This document shows, in pieces, positions 1-9,433 of a stretch of 64,000 nt of DNA. Source of the DNA: Candidatus Woesebacteria bacterium (lineage in GTDB: Bacteria; Patescibacteriota; Microgenomatia; UBA8517); contig CP066686.1 in assembly GCA_016432365.1 (NCBI GenBank), forward strand, positions 874,918 through 938,917. The letters run 5' to 3'. Each line of letters starts with the position of its first letter. Within the stretch, counting starts at the first letter, position 1. The translations under genes and the position numbers were made by a program. The notes below the pieces were generated by a model. It ran no database searches. It was given only the letters and a program-made list of their open reading frames with translations, and was not told the DNA's origin.

Positions 1-8
1 AGACCGGA

Positions 9-515
9 GTGTCAAATCCAAAAAGGGAGAGAACTCCCAAATCAATCAAGGAGATTGAAATGAACATTCTAGGTTTTTTTCTGCCCATCTGGGCAATTGT
101 CCTTGCAGGCGTTGTTATCGTCCTGCTTTCACTCGTGGGTAGGATTCTTTACGTAAGATTCCTACAAACTAGTGTAAATGCGTTTGTGTTCAGGGTGCGC
201 GCACCGAAGCTTTTCGAAGAATACTTCGGTTCCACCCCCGATCATCGTGACGATCAACTTCGCCCGGTCCAACTGACGAGGGTTATTGAACCACGACTGT
301 TCGAACTTGCCGCCCTACTCAAAAAGGCCTATGAACGGGAAAGTGAACTCCTGGGTAACGGGCATGATATGGGAACATCTTACGAAGTAAAGCGTAATTC
401 GATCTTGAGCGCACGTTCGCTCAAAGAAGAGCGCGAAGTCGCGTTCTACAGTGCACACAAAACGGCCAAAGCCCTGGGCTTCCAGGTGAAAGAGACGGCC
501 TACTATCGCCGCTAA
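9..515 (+). CDS. hypothetical protein with N-terminal TM helix
   Basis: 168-aa ORF with a hydrophobic segment (FFLPIWAIVLAGVVIVLLSLVG). No recognisable motif. GC is visibly higher than the window average. Confidence 0.3.
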   Translation: MSNPKRERTPKSIKEIEMNILGFFLPIWAIVLAGVVIVLLSLVGRILYVRFLQTSVNAFVFRVRAPKLFEEYFGSTPDHRDDQLRPVQLTRVIEPRLFELAALLKKAYERESELLGNGHDMGTSYEVKRNSILSARSLKEEREVAFYSAHKTAKALGFQVKETAYYRR

Positions 516-627
516 ATAAATCTGAGAGTTTGGGGTTGCAGAGGCAGCCATGGGATTTAGGGTGTGAGAGATCTCACATTTTCTAACTTCTGTGCTGCAA
601 CCCCGTACTACCCTTCCAAGTCCTATT

Positions 628-1755
628 CTAGGCTCCTATTTTGAATTCCACAACATCACCATCATGCATTACGTAGTCGCGGCCCTCACTCCTGACTTTA
701 CCTTCCTCACGACAAACCTTCCACCCGCCTATGCCCGGCTTCGGTGAGGCAAGTCCACCAATAAAGTCATTAAAATCACAAACATCAGCTTTAATAAACT
801 TCTTGATAAAATCCGTATGAATTACACCGGCGGCTTCCTGAGCACTGATACCTACCGGAATTGTCCAAGCCCTAACTTCCTTCTCCCCCGCTGTTAGAAA
901 GGTAATAAGACCTAGTGTTTTAAATGCTTTTTGAATTAAACGCTCGAGTCCGGACTTTTTAATTCCAAGATCTTCCATATATATTTTCTGGTCTTCAGCT
1001 GAAAGTTCTGCAAGTTCGCTTTCGGTCTTTGCACAAATTGCCACAACTTGATCGAGATTTAATTTAAGTTTTTCAGCGAAAGAAATTTCCAGGTCATGTG
1101 CGTTTACCAAATCTTTTTCATCCACATTTAGTACAACCATAATAGGTTTAGCGGTAAGAAGAGATAGTTGTTTTGCTATTTTTAGTTCCTCCTCTGTTAA
1201 ATTTACCTCTCTGGCGGGGATACCTTTTTGAAGTTCATCTTTTATTTTTAAAACTACTTCCCATCTCTTTTTTAAATCTTTATCCGGAGTATTGCCTGGG
1301 TCTCTTTGATTTTCCAAAGTTTGAAAGTCCGCAAGTTTGAGTTCGGTTTCTACAACATCTAGATCGGTTGCAGGATCTGATACTCCCTGTTTAACAATGT
1401 CAGCATCGGTAAAAGCACGGACTACGTGGCAGATTGCAGAAGTCTCACGGATGTGGGAAAGAAATTTATTTCCCAACCCCTCACCTTTAGAAGCTCCCGC
1501 AATAAGCCCCGCAATATCGACAAATTCTACCGTAGCAGGAACTTCTGGAGGCAAATTGGCCATATTCTCGGCATTTTTTGTGACTTCAGATAATTTTTGA
1601 AGACGTTCATCCGGCACAGGTACAATCCCTATGTTTGGTTCAATCGTTGCGAACGGAAAGTTGGCAACATACGCCTGCTGCTTTTTAAGCAAGGCGTTAA
1701 ATAACGTTGACTTACCTACATTTGGAAGACCCACTATCCCAACAGAAAGTGACAT
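628..1755 (-). CDS. ychF: ribosome-binding ATPase YchF (Obg-family GTPase)
   Basis: N-terminal GLPNVGKSTLFNAL P-loop and the FATIEPN motif; C-terminal TGS domain (HTDFIKKFIKADV). 375 aa is typical for YchF. Confidence 0.9.
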   Translation of the reverse strand: MSLSVGIVGLPNVGKSTLFNALLKKQQAYVANFPFATIEPNIGIVPVPDERLQKLSEVTKNAENMANLPPEVPATVEFVDIAGLIAGASKGEGLGNKFLSHIRETSAICHVVRAFTDADIVKQGVSDPATDLDVVETELKLADFQTLENQRDPGNTPDKDLKKRWEVVLKIKDELQKGIPAREVNLTEEELKIAKQLSLLTAKPIMVVLNVDEKDLVNAHDLEISFAEKLKLNLDQVVAICAKTESELAELSAEDQKIYMEDLGIKKSGLERLIQKAFKTLGLITFLTAGEKEVRAWTIPVGISAQEAAGVIHTDFIKKFIKADVCDFNDFIGGLASPKPGIGGWKVCREEGKVRSEGRDYVMHDGDVVEFKIGA

Positions 1756-1771
1756 ACGCGTATTTTAACAT

Positions 1772-2485
1772 TTATTTATACTGCTTTGAGACGTAGTCGA
1801 ATTCTTTTCGAGCTTGATCAACTTTACTCCCTTCTGCCTCTACCTGAACACGGGTTTCCGCAAGTATTCCTAATATTTTTTCTACATCAGCATTTGGGGA
1901 ATTTAAAAGCCGTTTTAAATCATAAATATCCCTGTCATCTGTGTGTCTTTCTTTTGAAGTATCAACGCCATCTTTTAACAAATAAAGCTTGTGAATCTTT
2001 TGAGCAAGAAGATCGTTAATCTCAACCACTTGAACATTAATTCTTTCCCCTTGAGAATCGATCAAAAGGGCTGGTACATACCATGTTGTATTTTCCTTCG
2101 TATAAAGTACTATCTCCAACCTCCTTCTATCGAAAAAGGATTTAGATTCATCATCTTCACGATATTCACTTTTTGTGTCCGTCTGTTTATGGGTTTTCCA
2201 CTTAGTTGTTTCACTAAAAACGATTTTCTCTTCAATCGAAGAAAATATTTGTCTGGAGTCATGGAGATCATCTATTAAAATATGTATATCCACGTCTCCG
2301 TGTGGCCTTGTAATATTTCCGCCACATAAAGCTTCGGTGGCGTAACCCCCAGTCAACACGACAACGAAACCATTTGCTTCAGCATACATATTCAAAGATT
2401 TTATAGTAGCTAAGTCCAAATCAGCTTTCCTAATCTGCTCCGGAGTTATCGGAACTGTTAACTTATTGATATTGTGATTTTCCAT
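1772..2485 (-). CDS. nucleotidyltransferase, ANT(2'')/LinB-like (Pol-beta fold)
   Basis: Motif LTGGYATEALCGGNITRPHGDVDIHI matches the GG..A..G..R.H.D.D nucleotidyltransferase signature of aminoglycoside/lincosamide NTase-like enzymes. Recalled from memory, not database-verified. Confidence 0.5.
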   Translation of the reverse strand: MENHNINKLTVPITPEQIRKADLDLATIKSLNMYAEANGFVVVLTGGYATEALCGGNITRPHGDVDIHILIDDLHDSRQIFSSIEEKIVFSETTKWKTHKQTDTKSEYREDDESKSFFDRRRLEIVLYTKENTTWYVPALLIDSQGERINVQVVEINDLLAQKIHKLYLLKDGVDTSKERHTDDRDIYDLKRLLNSPNADVEKILGILAETRVQVEAEGSKVDQARKEFDYVSKQYK

Positions 2486-2583
2486 ACTACGATTTTACCA
2501 TTAAAAAATGGCATCCCGACAGAAAGCGAAGTGATTAGATTTTAGCATACCCTCTCCCCCATTTTTACTCGTCAGAAAAGAGG

Positions 2584-2591
2584 TGTATAAT
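2584..2591 (+). promoter_or_regulatory. extended -10 box (TGTATAAT) immediately upstream of ATG 2599; candidate leaderless promoter
   Basis: tgtataat at 2584-2591 ends 7 nt before the start codon. No room for a Shine-Dalgarno sequence. Confidence 0.35.
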
Positions 2592-2598
2592 TCCCGCC

Positions 2599-3789
2599 AT
2601 GAAACAGGAAATACTGTTTGCCGAAGCAAAAAACCTCAAGACCGAATTTACATTTTCAAAACTGGACCCGGAAGAAAAAGAAATTGTGGCCGCACTTGTC
2701 TCGTGGTCCAATCCTGCTAAGTACACAGGACAGATCGAACAACTTCACGGCAGAAGTGTGGTTATTAAAAGCCCAACAAGACATGTTTCGGATCCTACTG
2801 ACTTTTTTATGGAAAAATATGACGGAATCCAAATTTTCGGATTTGGAGGCGCAAGGGCAATGATTCGTGAGGGTGTTGCAGAAGTACCAAGCAAAATTGA
2901 AATTACACAACTTAACGAGACCAATCACTCAAACGAGCTTGCAGCAATTATTCAACTTAGAGACTTCGACGACAAAGGCAGACTTAAAACATGGAATAGA
3001 CCTTACGCCCCAATGCATGGAATGGACCAAACCGAGGCAAAGGCCAGAAAGGCAATAACAGTAAAAATTGCCGATTATCACAGCAAGGTCTTAAAAGAAC
3101 AGGGAGTTCCCTTTTTTTCTGTTCCCGAATTTGTTGCAGAAGGTTTTTTTCCCGACAAAAAAGATCCTTCCGGCAACCCTTTAGTTTTCCAGGCATACAG
3201 AGTCCCGATAATTGACAGATTCCCCTCTCAGTTAATCCAAACCGCTCAATCGGAGAGTGTTGAAATCATGTTTCATCGCTTGCAAACATTTTCTTTCCTG
3301 GCAGGCAGATTTTTTAGAACACTTCACCAGACATTCGACTTAGCTTATATGGATGGACACCTGGGAAATATGAGTCTTCTTAGAACTGAGAAAAAAGCCG
3401 GAATTTATGCAACCGATTTGGGAAGCGCCAAAGATATAAAAAGCCACCCATTTGCTGAAAAATTCAGAGGAATTGATATTTATACTTATATAGCAACATC
3501 ACGCAGTCTTATGGCAAGTTATGCTGGCTTTTTGGAGGCACGGCATGGGCAGGATAAAGCAATAAAAGATTTCCAAAACTTACTTACATTTATAAGTATT
3601 TCCGGCCTTGCTTCCGGATATTTTGAAACAGAAATAACAAAAGGTGAAAACATGTCTACAATAAAAGTTATAAAGAACGGGGAAAAGTTTGGAAATGATC
3701 TAATGAAGATATTCTCCCCAAATAGTAGTCCTCAGGTCTCACTGGATATGTTTGAGGTATACCTTAAAGAAATCACAGAAAATAACTAA
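2599..3789 (+). CDS. hypothetical protein (396 aa)
   Basis: Long ORF, divergent from the NTase gene. No motif recognised. Confidence 0.4.
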   Translation: MKQEILFAEAKNLKTEFTFSKLDPEEKEIVAALVSWSNPAKYTGQIEQLHGRSVVIKSPTRHVSDPTDFFMEKYDGIQIFGFGGARAMIREGVAEVPSKIEITQLNETNHSNELAAIIQLRDFDDKGRLKTWNRPYAPMHGMDQTEAKARKAITVKIADYHSKVLKEQGVPFFSVPEFVAEGFFPDKKDPSGNPLVFQAYRVPIIDRFPSQLIQTAQSESVEIMFHRLQTFSFLAGRFFRTLHQTFDLAYMDGHLGNMSLLRTEKKAGIYATDLGSAKDIKSHPFAEKFRGIDIYTYIATSRSLMASYAGFLEARHGQDKAIKDFQNLLTFISISGLASGYFETEITKGENMSTIKVIKNGEKFGNDLMKIFSPNSSPQVSLDMFEVYLKEITENN

Positions 3790-3791
3790 GC

Positions 3792-4274
3792 TCACTCACT
3801 CAATTTTCTTTTAGGAAAAGGGAGACCTGCTTCAACCACTTTCTTGGCAAAATTCAAAAAAAGGGCATCGCTTTTATCTGCAGAGATTTCGATAGTTTTC
3901 CCCTCCACCACCACGATTTTTAGTATCGGTCTTGATTCCTTTTCAAGATGATTAAACCTAATAATTTCCGTTGACGGATGCCTCATTGCCCGTCTGGCAT
4001 TATGATCACCAACCGGATGAACCGAAAACTCAACGCTTACAGGATCAGAAAAACCCGTTAGTGCCAAATTCATGTGTTCAGCAATTCTATTCGCCACACC
4101 CACAGCACCAGAGGCTGCATCTTGAATATCCTCAGTAGACAATACCTTAACTTTAAAATTATCCGGCTGTGAGTCTAAAATCTCCACTCTAAAGTCCGGC
4201 TTTGCATTCGCAAGAACATCAGCCTCGTAAATACTAAAATCTTGCTCGTCAAATTTACCCGTCTGCGCTTCCAT
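3792..4274 (-). CDS. hypothetical protein (160 aa)
   Basis: ORF only. Confidence 0.3.
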   Translation of the reverse strand: MEAQTGKFDEQDFSIYEADVLANAKPDFRVEILDSQPDNFKVKVLSTEDIQDAASGAVGVANRIAEHMNLALTGFSDPVSVEFSVHPVGDHNARRAMRHPSTEIIRFNHLEKESRPILKIVVVEGKTIEISADKSDALFLNFAKKVVEAGLPFPKRKLSE

Positions 4275-4291
4275 GGACTTATTATATCAAA

Positions 4292-4957
4292 CTAATAAAC
4301 TATCTTTACCCTTCCCCCGTTAAACGTTGCCTCGGCGCCATTTAGCGATTTAATTTGTACTCGATAAACATTTTGGCCCCTCCAAAAATAAAGTCTCCCA
4401 GATGCAGTCCTAACACCGATTGTGTTATTGCTTTCGAGTTCACTTCCATTGACGGCAATTTTATTTGTCGTATCATAAAGTCGGACAAATACTTTGCTTC
4501 CGGAGCTTGATATCTTGATTGATGCATCCCAATCAACATAACTGTCTTTACCATATTCAGTCTCTAAATTGATTGGCGTATCAGTCCCGGCAATGTCAAC
4601 CCAATCGGTATTTGTTGTAGTAAACGTCCCGTTTAAATTCAGATATGCAGTCTTTTTTACGGATGAAGTAGCTGTGACAACTTTGCCGGGTGTTGGTGTT
4701 TGTGTAGCTACAGGAGTCGGCGTCTGCGACTTTAAAACAGACACGACGACTTGAGTGACGTAATCTTTTATTTCATTTAAATCTACCTGCTGTGCAATTG
4801 TATTGGCCCCATCTTGTGTGGTAATTTTGTTGTCTTTAACTTTTTTAACTTCACCCAAAAGAAAAAGAAAACTGGCCGTCAACGCCACTATGCAAATTAG
4901 GAAAAATATATGTACCAACGTATCCGAAGTTACCTTTTTGCCATTCACTAAAGCCAT
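4292..4957 (-). CDS. membrane-anchored/secreted hypothetical protein with TP-rich linker
   Basis: N-terminal TM helix (IFFLICIVALTASFLFLLG) followed by a TPTPVATQTPTPG linker. C-terminal region predicted beta-rich. Confidence 0.4.
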   Translation of the reverse strand: MALVNGKKVTSDTLVHIFFLICIVALTASFLFLLGEVKKVKDNKITTQDGANTIAQQVDLNEIKDYVTQVVVSVLKSQTPTPVATQTPTPGKVVTATSSVKKTAYLNLNGTFTTTNTDWVDIAGTDTPINLETEYGKDSYVDWDASIKISSSGSKVFVRLYDTTNKIAVNGSELESNNTIGVRTASGRLYFWRGQNVYRVQIKSLNGAEATFNGGRVKIVY

Positions 4958-5034
4958 ATTAAAATCTTAACCCTTTTTATCCACAACTTCAATTTGTCGA
5001 GAGTCACAGAACTGTCATATGTTTTAACTAGATA

Positions 5035-5286
5035 TTAGAACAGTCTGCTAATGACAAGGACTAAAAGTGAACCTGCAACAGCAACTATAAAGGATGTTAA
5101 GTTAAATCCGGTAACACCGACTCCAAAAAATCTTTGTCCCAGATAACCACCTACAACAGCTCCGATAATCCCCAGGATGATTGATCCAACAATTCCACCC
5201 ATCGAACTGGGAGAAATAAAATTGGCAATCGCCCCTGCGATAAGTCCAAAAATAACCCAATAAATAATTTCAGTCATATCTATCAC
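5035..5286 (-). CDS. GlsB/YeaQ/YmgE family transglycosylase-associated membrane protein
   Basis: 83 aa, Gly-rich TM pattern GLIAGAIANF...GGIVGSIILGIIGAVVGGYLG, typical of this family. Confidence 0.7.
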   Translation of the reverse strand: MIDMTEIIYWVIFGLIAGAIANFISPSSMGGIVGSIILGIIGAVVGGYLGQRFFGVGVTGFNLTSFIVAVAGSLLVLVISRLF

Positions 5287-5290
5287 CCCC

Positions 5291-5485
5291 TTATTTTGTC
5301 TGATTAACGTTTACATCAATCTCACTGGGTATATTTACCTGCGGGGTTCCCATTTGTCTAAGCGCGGGAAGCCCATACACAAATCCCAGATAACCCAAAA
5401 TAACCAAAACTACAATTACAACGATCATTCCCATGGGTCCACCTGAATTGTCGGAAGACGGCGGATTGTTTACAATAGTTGTCAT
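5291..5485 (-). CDS. small membrane protein (64 aa)
   Basis: Single TM helix (IVVIVVLVILGYLGFVYGL). Confidence 0.3.
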   Translation of the reverse strand: MTTIVNNPPSSDNSGGPMGMIVVIVVLVILGYLGFVYGLPALRQMGTPQVNIPSEIDVNVNQTK

Positions 5486-5565
5486 ATAATATTCACCTCT
5501 TTTCCAAAAAGGCTGGCATTTAAACCTTTAATTTTGATTCAAATGCCAAGTCTTTACCCTAGAAC

Positions 5566-5820
5566 CTAAAGCTTGCTCTTAACAGCTTTTTTTGCCTCCT
5601 CAACTTTCTTCTCTCCTTGACTAACCACGTCCTTGGCCTGATCGGCAACACCCGCCGCAACCTCTTCTACTTTATCCTTAACTTCATTAAACTTTTTACC
5701 AATTGCTTTCCTATTTTTTTCCTCGGAAAGAACAACTGCTGTTGCCCCTACTGCTGCTCCTACTACGGCTCCTACCACCCCAGCGGCAATAGGACTCATC
5801 CCTTTGTCATTATTTGCCAT
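5566..5820 (-). CDS. YtxH-like small stress protein
   Basis: Gly/Ala-rich N-terminal helix followed by a Lys/Glu coiled-coil (KKFNEVKDKVEEVAAGVADQAKD). Start trimmed to an internal Met to limit overlap with the next gene. Confidence 0.4.
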   Translation of the reverse strand: MANNDKGMSPIAAGVVGAVVGAAVGATAVVLSEEKNRKAIGKKFNEVKDKVEEVAAGVADQAKDVVSQGEKKVEEAKKAVKSKL

Positions 5821-6046
5821 CTTTAACACCCCCCTTCTTTACGAACATATCCTTCAAATAAATAATTCCTTTTTTAATAAAATCCTTAAGTACTTCTGCA
5901 TCTTTTGCAATAGCGTCTACTTTTTCTAAAATTGAAGTTAGTTCTTTAAGAGTGTTGGAAAGGTTAAATGCCGAGTACGACACAAACCCTACCAGTACTA
6001 AAAATCCGATTGCCAAAGAGTAATTTAGAAGATCGTAAGAATTCAT
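5810..6046 (-). CDS. DUF948-like membrane-anchored coiled-coil protein
   Basis: N-terminal TM helix plus a short coiled coil; 78 aa. Confidence 0.35.
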   Translation of the reverse strand: MNSYDLLNYSLAIGFLVLVGFVSYSAFNLSNTLKELTSILEKVDAIAKDAEVLKDFIKKGIIYLKDMFVKKGGVKDGK

Positions 6047-6054
6047 ACTCTTAG

Positions 6055-6351
6055 TTATGTTGATTTTCCGGTAACTTCAAAAATACTTTTAATCTGGGGG
6101 TTTGTGACCTTGTAGAATATATTTTTACCTTGACGCCTAGATTTAACCAGCCCTGTAAGCCTTAATATTTTTAAATGTTGGGAGGTGTTAGATTTTCTGA
6201 CCTTTAGAACTTTTGATAGTTCATTGACCGTAACTTCGAAATTCATAGTCATACTTAGAATTTCGAGTCTTTTGGAGTTGGCAATAGCTTTGAACAGTTC
6301 GGCCATTTGTTCGTAAACTTTTGGTGTGTATGAAAGTTTATTTGTTACCAT
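6055..6351 (-). CDS. ArsR/SmtB-family HTH transcriptional regulator
   Basis: 98 aa with KALANSKRLEILSM...VNELSKVLKVRKSNTSQHLKILRLTGLVKSRRQGKNIFY, a winged-helix ArsR signature. Confidence 0.75.
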   Translation of the reverse strand: MVTNKLSYTPKVYEQMAELFKAIANSKRLEILSMTMNFEVTVNELSKVLKVRKSNTSQHLKILRLTGLVKSRRQGKNIFYKVTNPQIKSIFEVTGKST

Positions 6352-6366
6352 ATCTAATATGCTAAT

Positions 6367-6386
6367 ATGTTACATATTTGTAACAT
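6367..6386. promoter_or_regulatory. perfect 20-bp palindrome atgttacatatttgtaacat (candidate ArsR operator)
   Basis: Perfect inverted repeat 16 bp upstream of the arsR-like start (minus strand). Confidence 0.45.
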
Positions 6387-6422
6387 GTATACGACCCCCT
6401 GTCAATATGCAAACAGTACCAC

Positions 6423-6451
6423 TTGACAAAGTTTGGTATCTGCGATGTAAT
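6423..6451 (+). promoter_or_regulatory. sigma70-like promoter (TTGACA-17-TGTAAT) for the response-regulator gene
   Basis: ttgaca at 6423-6428, a 17-nt spacer, tgtaat at 6446-6451; about 33 nt upstream of ATG 6485. Confidence 0.45.
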
Positions 6452-6458
6452 GAAACTA

Positions 6459-6476
6459 AGTTACTGATTTGTAACT
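6459..6476. promoter_or_regulatory. second inverted repeat agttactgatttgtaact (operator-like, half-sites related to 6367-6386)
   Basis: gttac-N6-gtaac palindrome between the -10 box and the start codon. Confidence 0.35.
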
Positions 6477-6484
6477 ATACGTAA

Positions 6485-6907
6485 ATGAAAAAAATTTTGA
6501 TTGTCGAAGACGAACCATCTTTCCTTAACCTACTCCACAAAGAGTTAACTTCAAAAGGATATACAGTAGTTGACGCTAAGGACGGAAAGGAGGGCTACGA
6601 TACCGCAGTGCTTGTTAAACCGGATCTTATTCTTCTCGACATACTTATGCCCGGAGTTGACGGCCTCACCATGCTCGAACTTCTGAGAAAAAGCAAGGAA
6701 GGAAAGGACATGAAGGTTATTATTCTCACCAATTTGGAATTAGACAATAACGTTATGAAACGGGCGCTGGATGCCAAACCTCTTTATTACTTCGTAAAAA
6801 GCGATATCGCCCTTTCCGCCTTAATTGAAAAAATAGATGAAGAGCTAATGGAGCAGGAGGTAAAAGAGCTGGTCGAAGAAGACAACGAACATAAAGGAAT
6901 CATTTGA
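6485..6907 (+). CDS. response regulator receiver domain protein (CheY-like, stand-alone)
   Basis: KILIVEDE...DLILLDILMPGVDG...K motifs (phospho-acceptor Asp, conserved Lys); 140 aa with no output domain. Confidence 0.8.
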   Translation: MKKILIVEDEPSFLNLLHKELTSKGYTVVDAKDGKEGYDTAVLVKPDLILLDILMPGVDGLTMLELLRKSKEGKDMKVIILTNLELDNNVMKRALDAKPLYYFVKSDIALSALIEKIDEELMEQEVKELVEEDNEHKGII

Positions 6908-7158
6908 TACCCGCAATGAATGCTATTATCTGGATCGCAATCGGAATAATCAGAGGTTGGCTAATTGCAACATTTGTAAAACACTCCACAAGCAATCTTA
7001 TCGATCTGATCTTCGGGCTTGTGGGCAGTTTAGTTGGTGCCTTTATTGCCAGTTCACTAATAGGTATTCCGTCAACAAGTGCCTTTACTTTTATATCGGC
7101 CGCGGTCGGAGCCGTGGTTTTTATTTTTCTGGGAAGACTTCACGAAATATTCAAGTGA
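6904..7158 (+). CDS. GlsB/YeaQ/YmgE family membrane protein
   Basis: 84 aa, same Gly-rich TM pattern as 5035..5286. Confidence 0.6.
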   Translation: MIPAMNAIIWIAIGIIRGWLIATFVKHSTSNLIDLIFGLVGSLVGAFIASSLIGIPSTSAFTFISAAVGAVVFIFLGRLHEIFK

Positions 7159-7176
7159 GTGTAAATTGCACTCGCT

Positions 7177-9399
7177 TTACTTGGCAATTGTTTTTAAAGC
7201 TTTTAGTAGGGCCGGCTCAACCTCAAGTGCCATATCATACCTCCCTCCAGAATATTCATGTTTGTCTAGAATAAACTTATATCTATTTGCACCACGGTTG
7301 CGATTTATCCTCTTGAATACGCGTCTAAGACCATATTCAAAAGCTTTCGGATCGCCAACATCTGAAAATTTAATTTTTACACTCCTCTTAAAAAAATCCC
7401 TACCCTCAACCAAACCTCGTTCTTTCCAGTGCTTTGACCAAAATACTGAAGTGTTTTTATAGACATAGTCCTTATCGTTAACTTTAAAAAATAGCTTATT
7501 TTGGACCGCCTCCGGCGAAAATGTTATAACCCTCTTACTTAATTCGGTTTTAGAAAAGTCTTTAGCAAGTTTTCCCAGTTTTTCTCTAAAACCACGAGTG
7601 AGTCCTTTACTCAGGGGTCGGCTGTAAAGCAACCTCCTGTAACGAGCCCAGGCCGCCTTAGTCCAATTCCTGGGCTTTTCCCTAATTCGAATCTTGTTAA
7701 AATCATATTCTTTGACAACAAATTTAGTTTTTATGGTTTTTAACTCCAATGTTTTTTCCAACCTACCAACATCAATTACCACCTTTCTTTCAGGCATGGG
7801 GATCCTCTCCCCAGGCCGAATATACGGGGTATACTCCTCCCTTTCAACTTTCATCCCATGTAATAAGCGGAGCCTCATGGCAAGTGGAATTTTATCCATA
7901 TTTATTGCCGGAACCGTAAATTCATATTTTCCTTTTGAAGTTTCGGGGAATTTTAAAGACAACCCACCACCTTCAGAACGCACCACTCTTGTTGAGTTGA
8001 AAAAATTTTGTACAAATGGAAGATAATCCGACCTTGAAAACATTCTAAATACGGCATAGAACATACTTGCTTCCGGAGGTTTTTTGGTAATCCCCAATTC
8101 ATAATTTAAAATGTCATCGTGTTCCCTTATGTATTCGCTCGATACATTTAACATCCCATTTCTGCTGATCGTAGCGTTATTCAAAACATGTGACGTCACT
8201 TTGCTCCTATCTTTTGTATGGTGTACCACCGGGCTTTTAACCTTAGTCGCCGGGACTACTCCTTTTGCATCAGGTTTTTCCAAACCATAAATTGCACCGG
8301 ATAAAAGTATCGCCAAAATAACATCGGCATCTTGCATGGATTCATGGACAGACGGCCTTACCTCTATCCTATCAGTCGAGTATCTTAAAAGATTTTGTCT
8401 ATTCACCTCCAAGGCAAATTTGATTAATTTCTCAGATTGAACATGATATTTATTTATTAACACAAACATAGCATCATAAAATGCTTTAGTTATGCCTTGT
8501 GTAATCAGTTTGGCTTTTGAGGAAAATGCAGGATTTTTATCATTTAAAATGTTCCCATTTTTATTCCAAAAGCTTACGTTGATATGAAAGCTCGGATGTG
8601 AGGTTAATTCCAAACCATACTTAACTGCTTTATCGTAAAGTGAATTAAGAACTACCTGGCGGCTTTTAAGAGACATCTCCGGTGATAATGGCTTGACCTT
8701 CAGCTCTAATATGCTCTGAGCATCGTAATACCCGTTTCCATCTCTGGTCTTACCGAAAAGGGGCTCCAGAATATTCTTTGTCTTCGGATCCAATTCTATA
8801 AGATCATACATAAGCATTTCTCTAGCATTGAACTTTTTAACTGCAAAATACTTTTCCTTTAACCTTTTGCGTTCCCCAGATTCAACCGCCGCATCTATTT
8901 CTGTTCTCAATTCCCTAAGGACTTTACGTTTTACAGATCTTGCATGATAAAAACCTTTAACGGGTTTTTCGTTTGTAGAAAATTCCATTTCTAACCCAAC
9001 CTTGACTTCTGTGATTCCAAATTTTCGTAAAATACGCATTTGATTTTCAATTTCTTCGGGGATTTTTTCTCTGAGTGGCCAGGTAAACGGTTTTTCTTTT
9101 GTGGGGTATGGAAACCCATCTTCATGGATTGTCGTTGCTTGCCTGATAAGAAGCTGACTCCTGGCGGCCATATCCACGAGTGCCTCATATTTTGTCCCAG
9201 AAAGATGGGGGGAAATGTCGCTTAGTGCTTCAGGGGTTAACGAAGCAAAATCGGCAATGGAAAGCTCAAAAGGAGTCTCTATGCGTGTATAGCCGTTGTC
9301 ACGTCGCCTCTTAAGCAAAATGCCATTACGTTCATACTCTGCCTTTTTTTCGTCTCCCACAGGCATGGGATAATCTAAAGTTACGCCTTCTTTTGACAT
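7177..9399 (-). CDS. glutamine synthetase-fold ligase, type III GS-like (740 aa)
   Basis: GS/GCL catalytic signatures: VGLEMEF (GxExEF), SHPSFHINVSF (GxHxHxS-like), and RIEVRPS...DADVILAILLSGAIYGL (R.E.R.P...NPYL..A.LAAGL.GI-like). Length fits GSIII (about 730 aa). Motif match by eye only. Confidence 0.4.
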   Translation of the reverse strand: MSKEGVTLDYPMPVGDEKKAEYERNGILLKRRRDNGYTRIETPFELSIADFASLTPEALSDISPHLSGTKYEALVDMAARSQLLIRQATTIHEDGFPYPTKEKPFTWPLREKIPEEIENQMRILRKFGITEVKVGLEMEFSTNEKPVKGFYHARSVKRKVLRELRTEIDAAVESGERKRLKEKYFAVKKFNAREMLMYDLIELDPKTKNILEPLFGKTRDGNGYYDAQSILELKVKPLSPEMSLKSRQVVLNSLYDKAVKYGLELTSHPSFHINVSFWNKNGNILNDKNPAFSSKAKLITQGITKAFYDAMFVLINKYHVQSEKLIKFALEVNRQNLLRYSTDRIEVRPSVHESMQDADVILAILLSGAIYGLEKPDAKGVVPATKVKSPVVHHTKDRSKVTSHVLNNATISRNGMLNVSSEYIREHDDILNYELGITKKPPEASMFYAVFRMFSRSDYLPFVQNFFNSTRVVRSEGGGLSLKFPETSKGKYEFTVPAINMDKIPLAMRLRLLHGMKVEREEYTPYIRPGERIPMPERKVVIDVGRLEKTLELKTIKTKFVVKEYDFNKIRIREKPRNWTKAAWARYRRLLYSRPLSKGLTRGFREKLGKLAKDFSKTELSKRVITFSPEAVQNKLFFKVNDKDYVYKNTSVFWSKHWKERGLVEGRDFFKRSVKIKFSDVGDPKAFEYGLRRVFKRINRNRGANRYKFILDKHEYSGGRYDMALEVEPALLKALKTIAK

Positions 9400-9433
9400 G
9401 GCAGGTATTATACACCTTTTTGCAAGTTATAGG

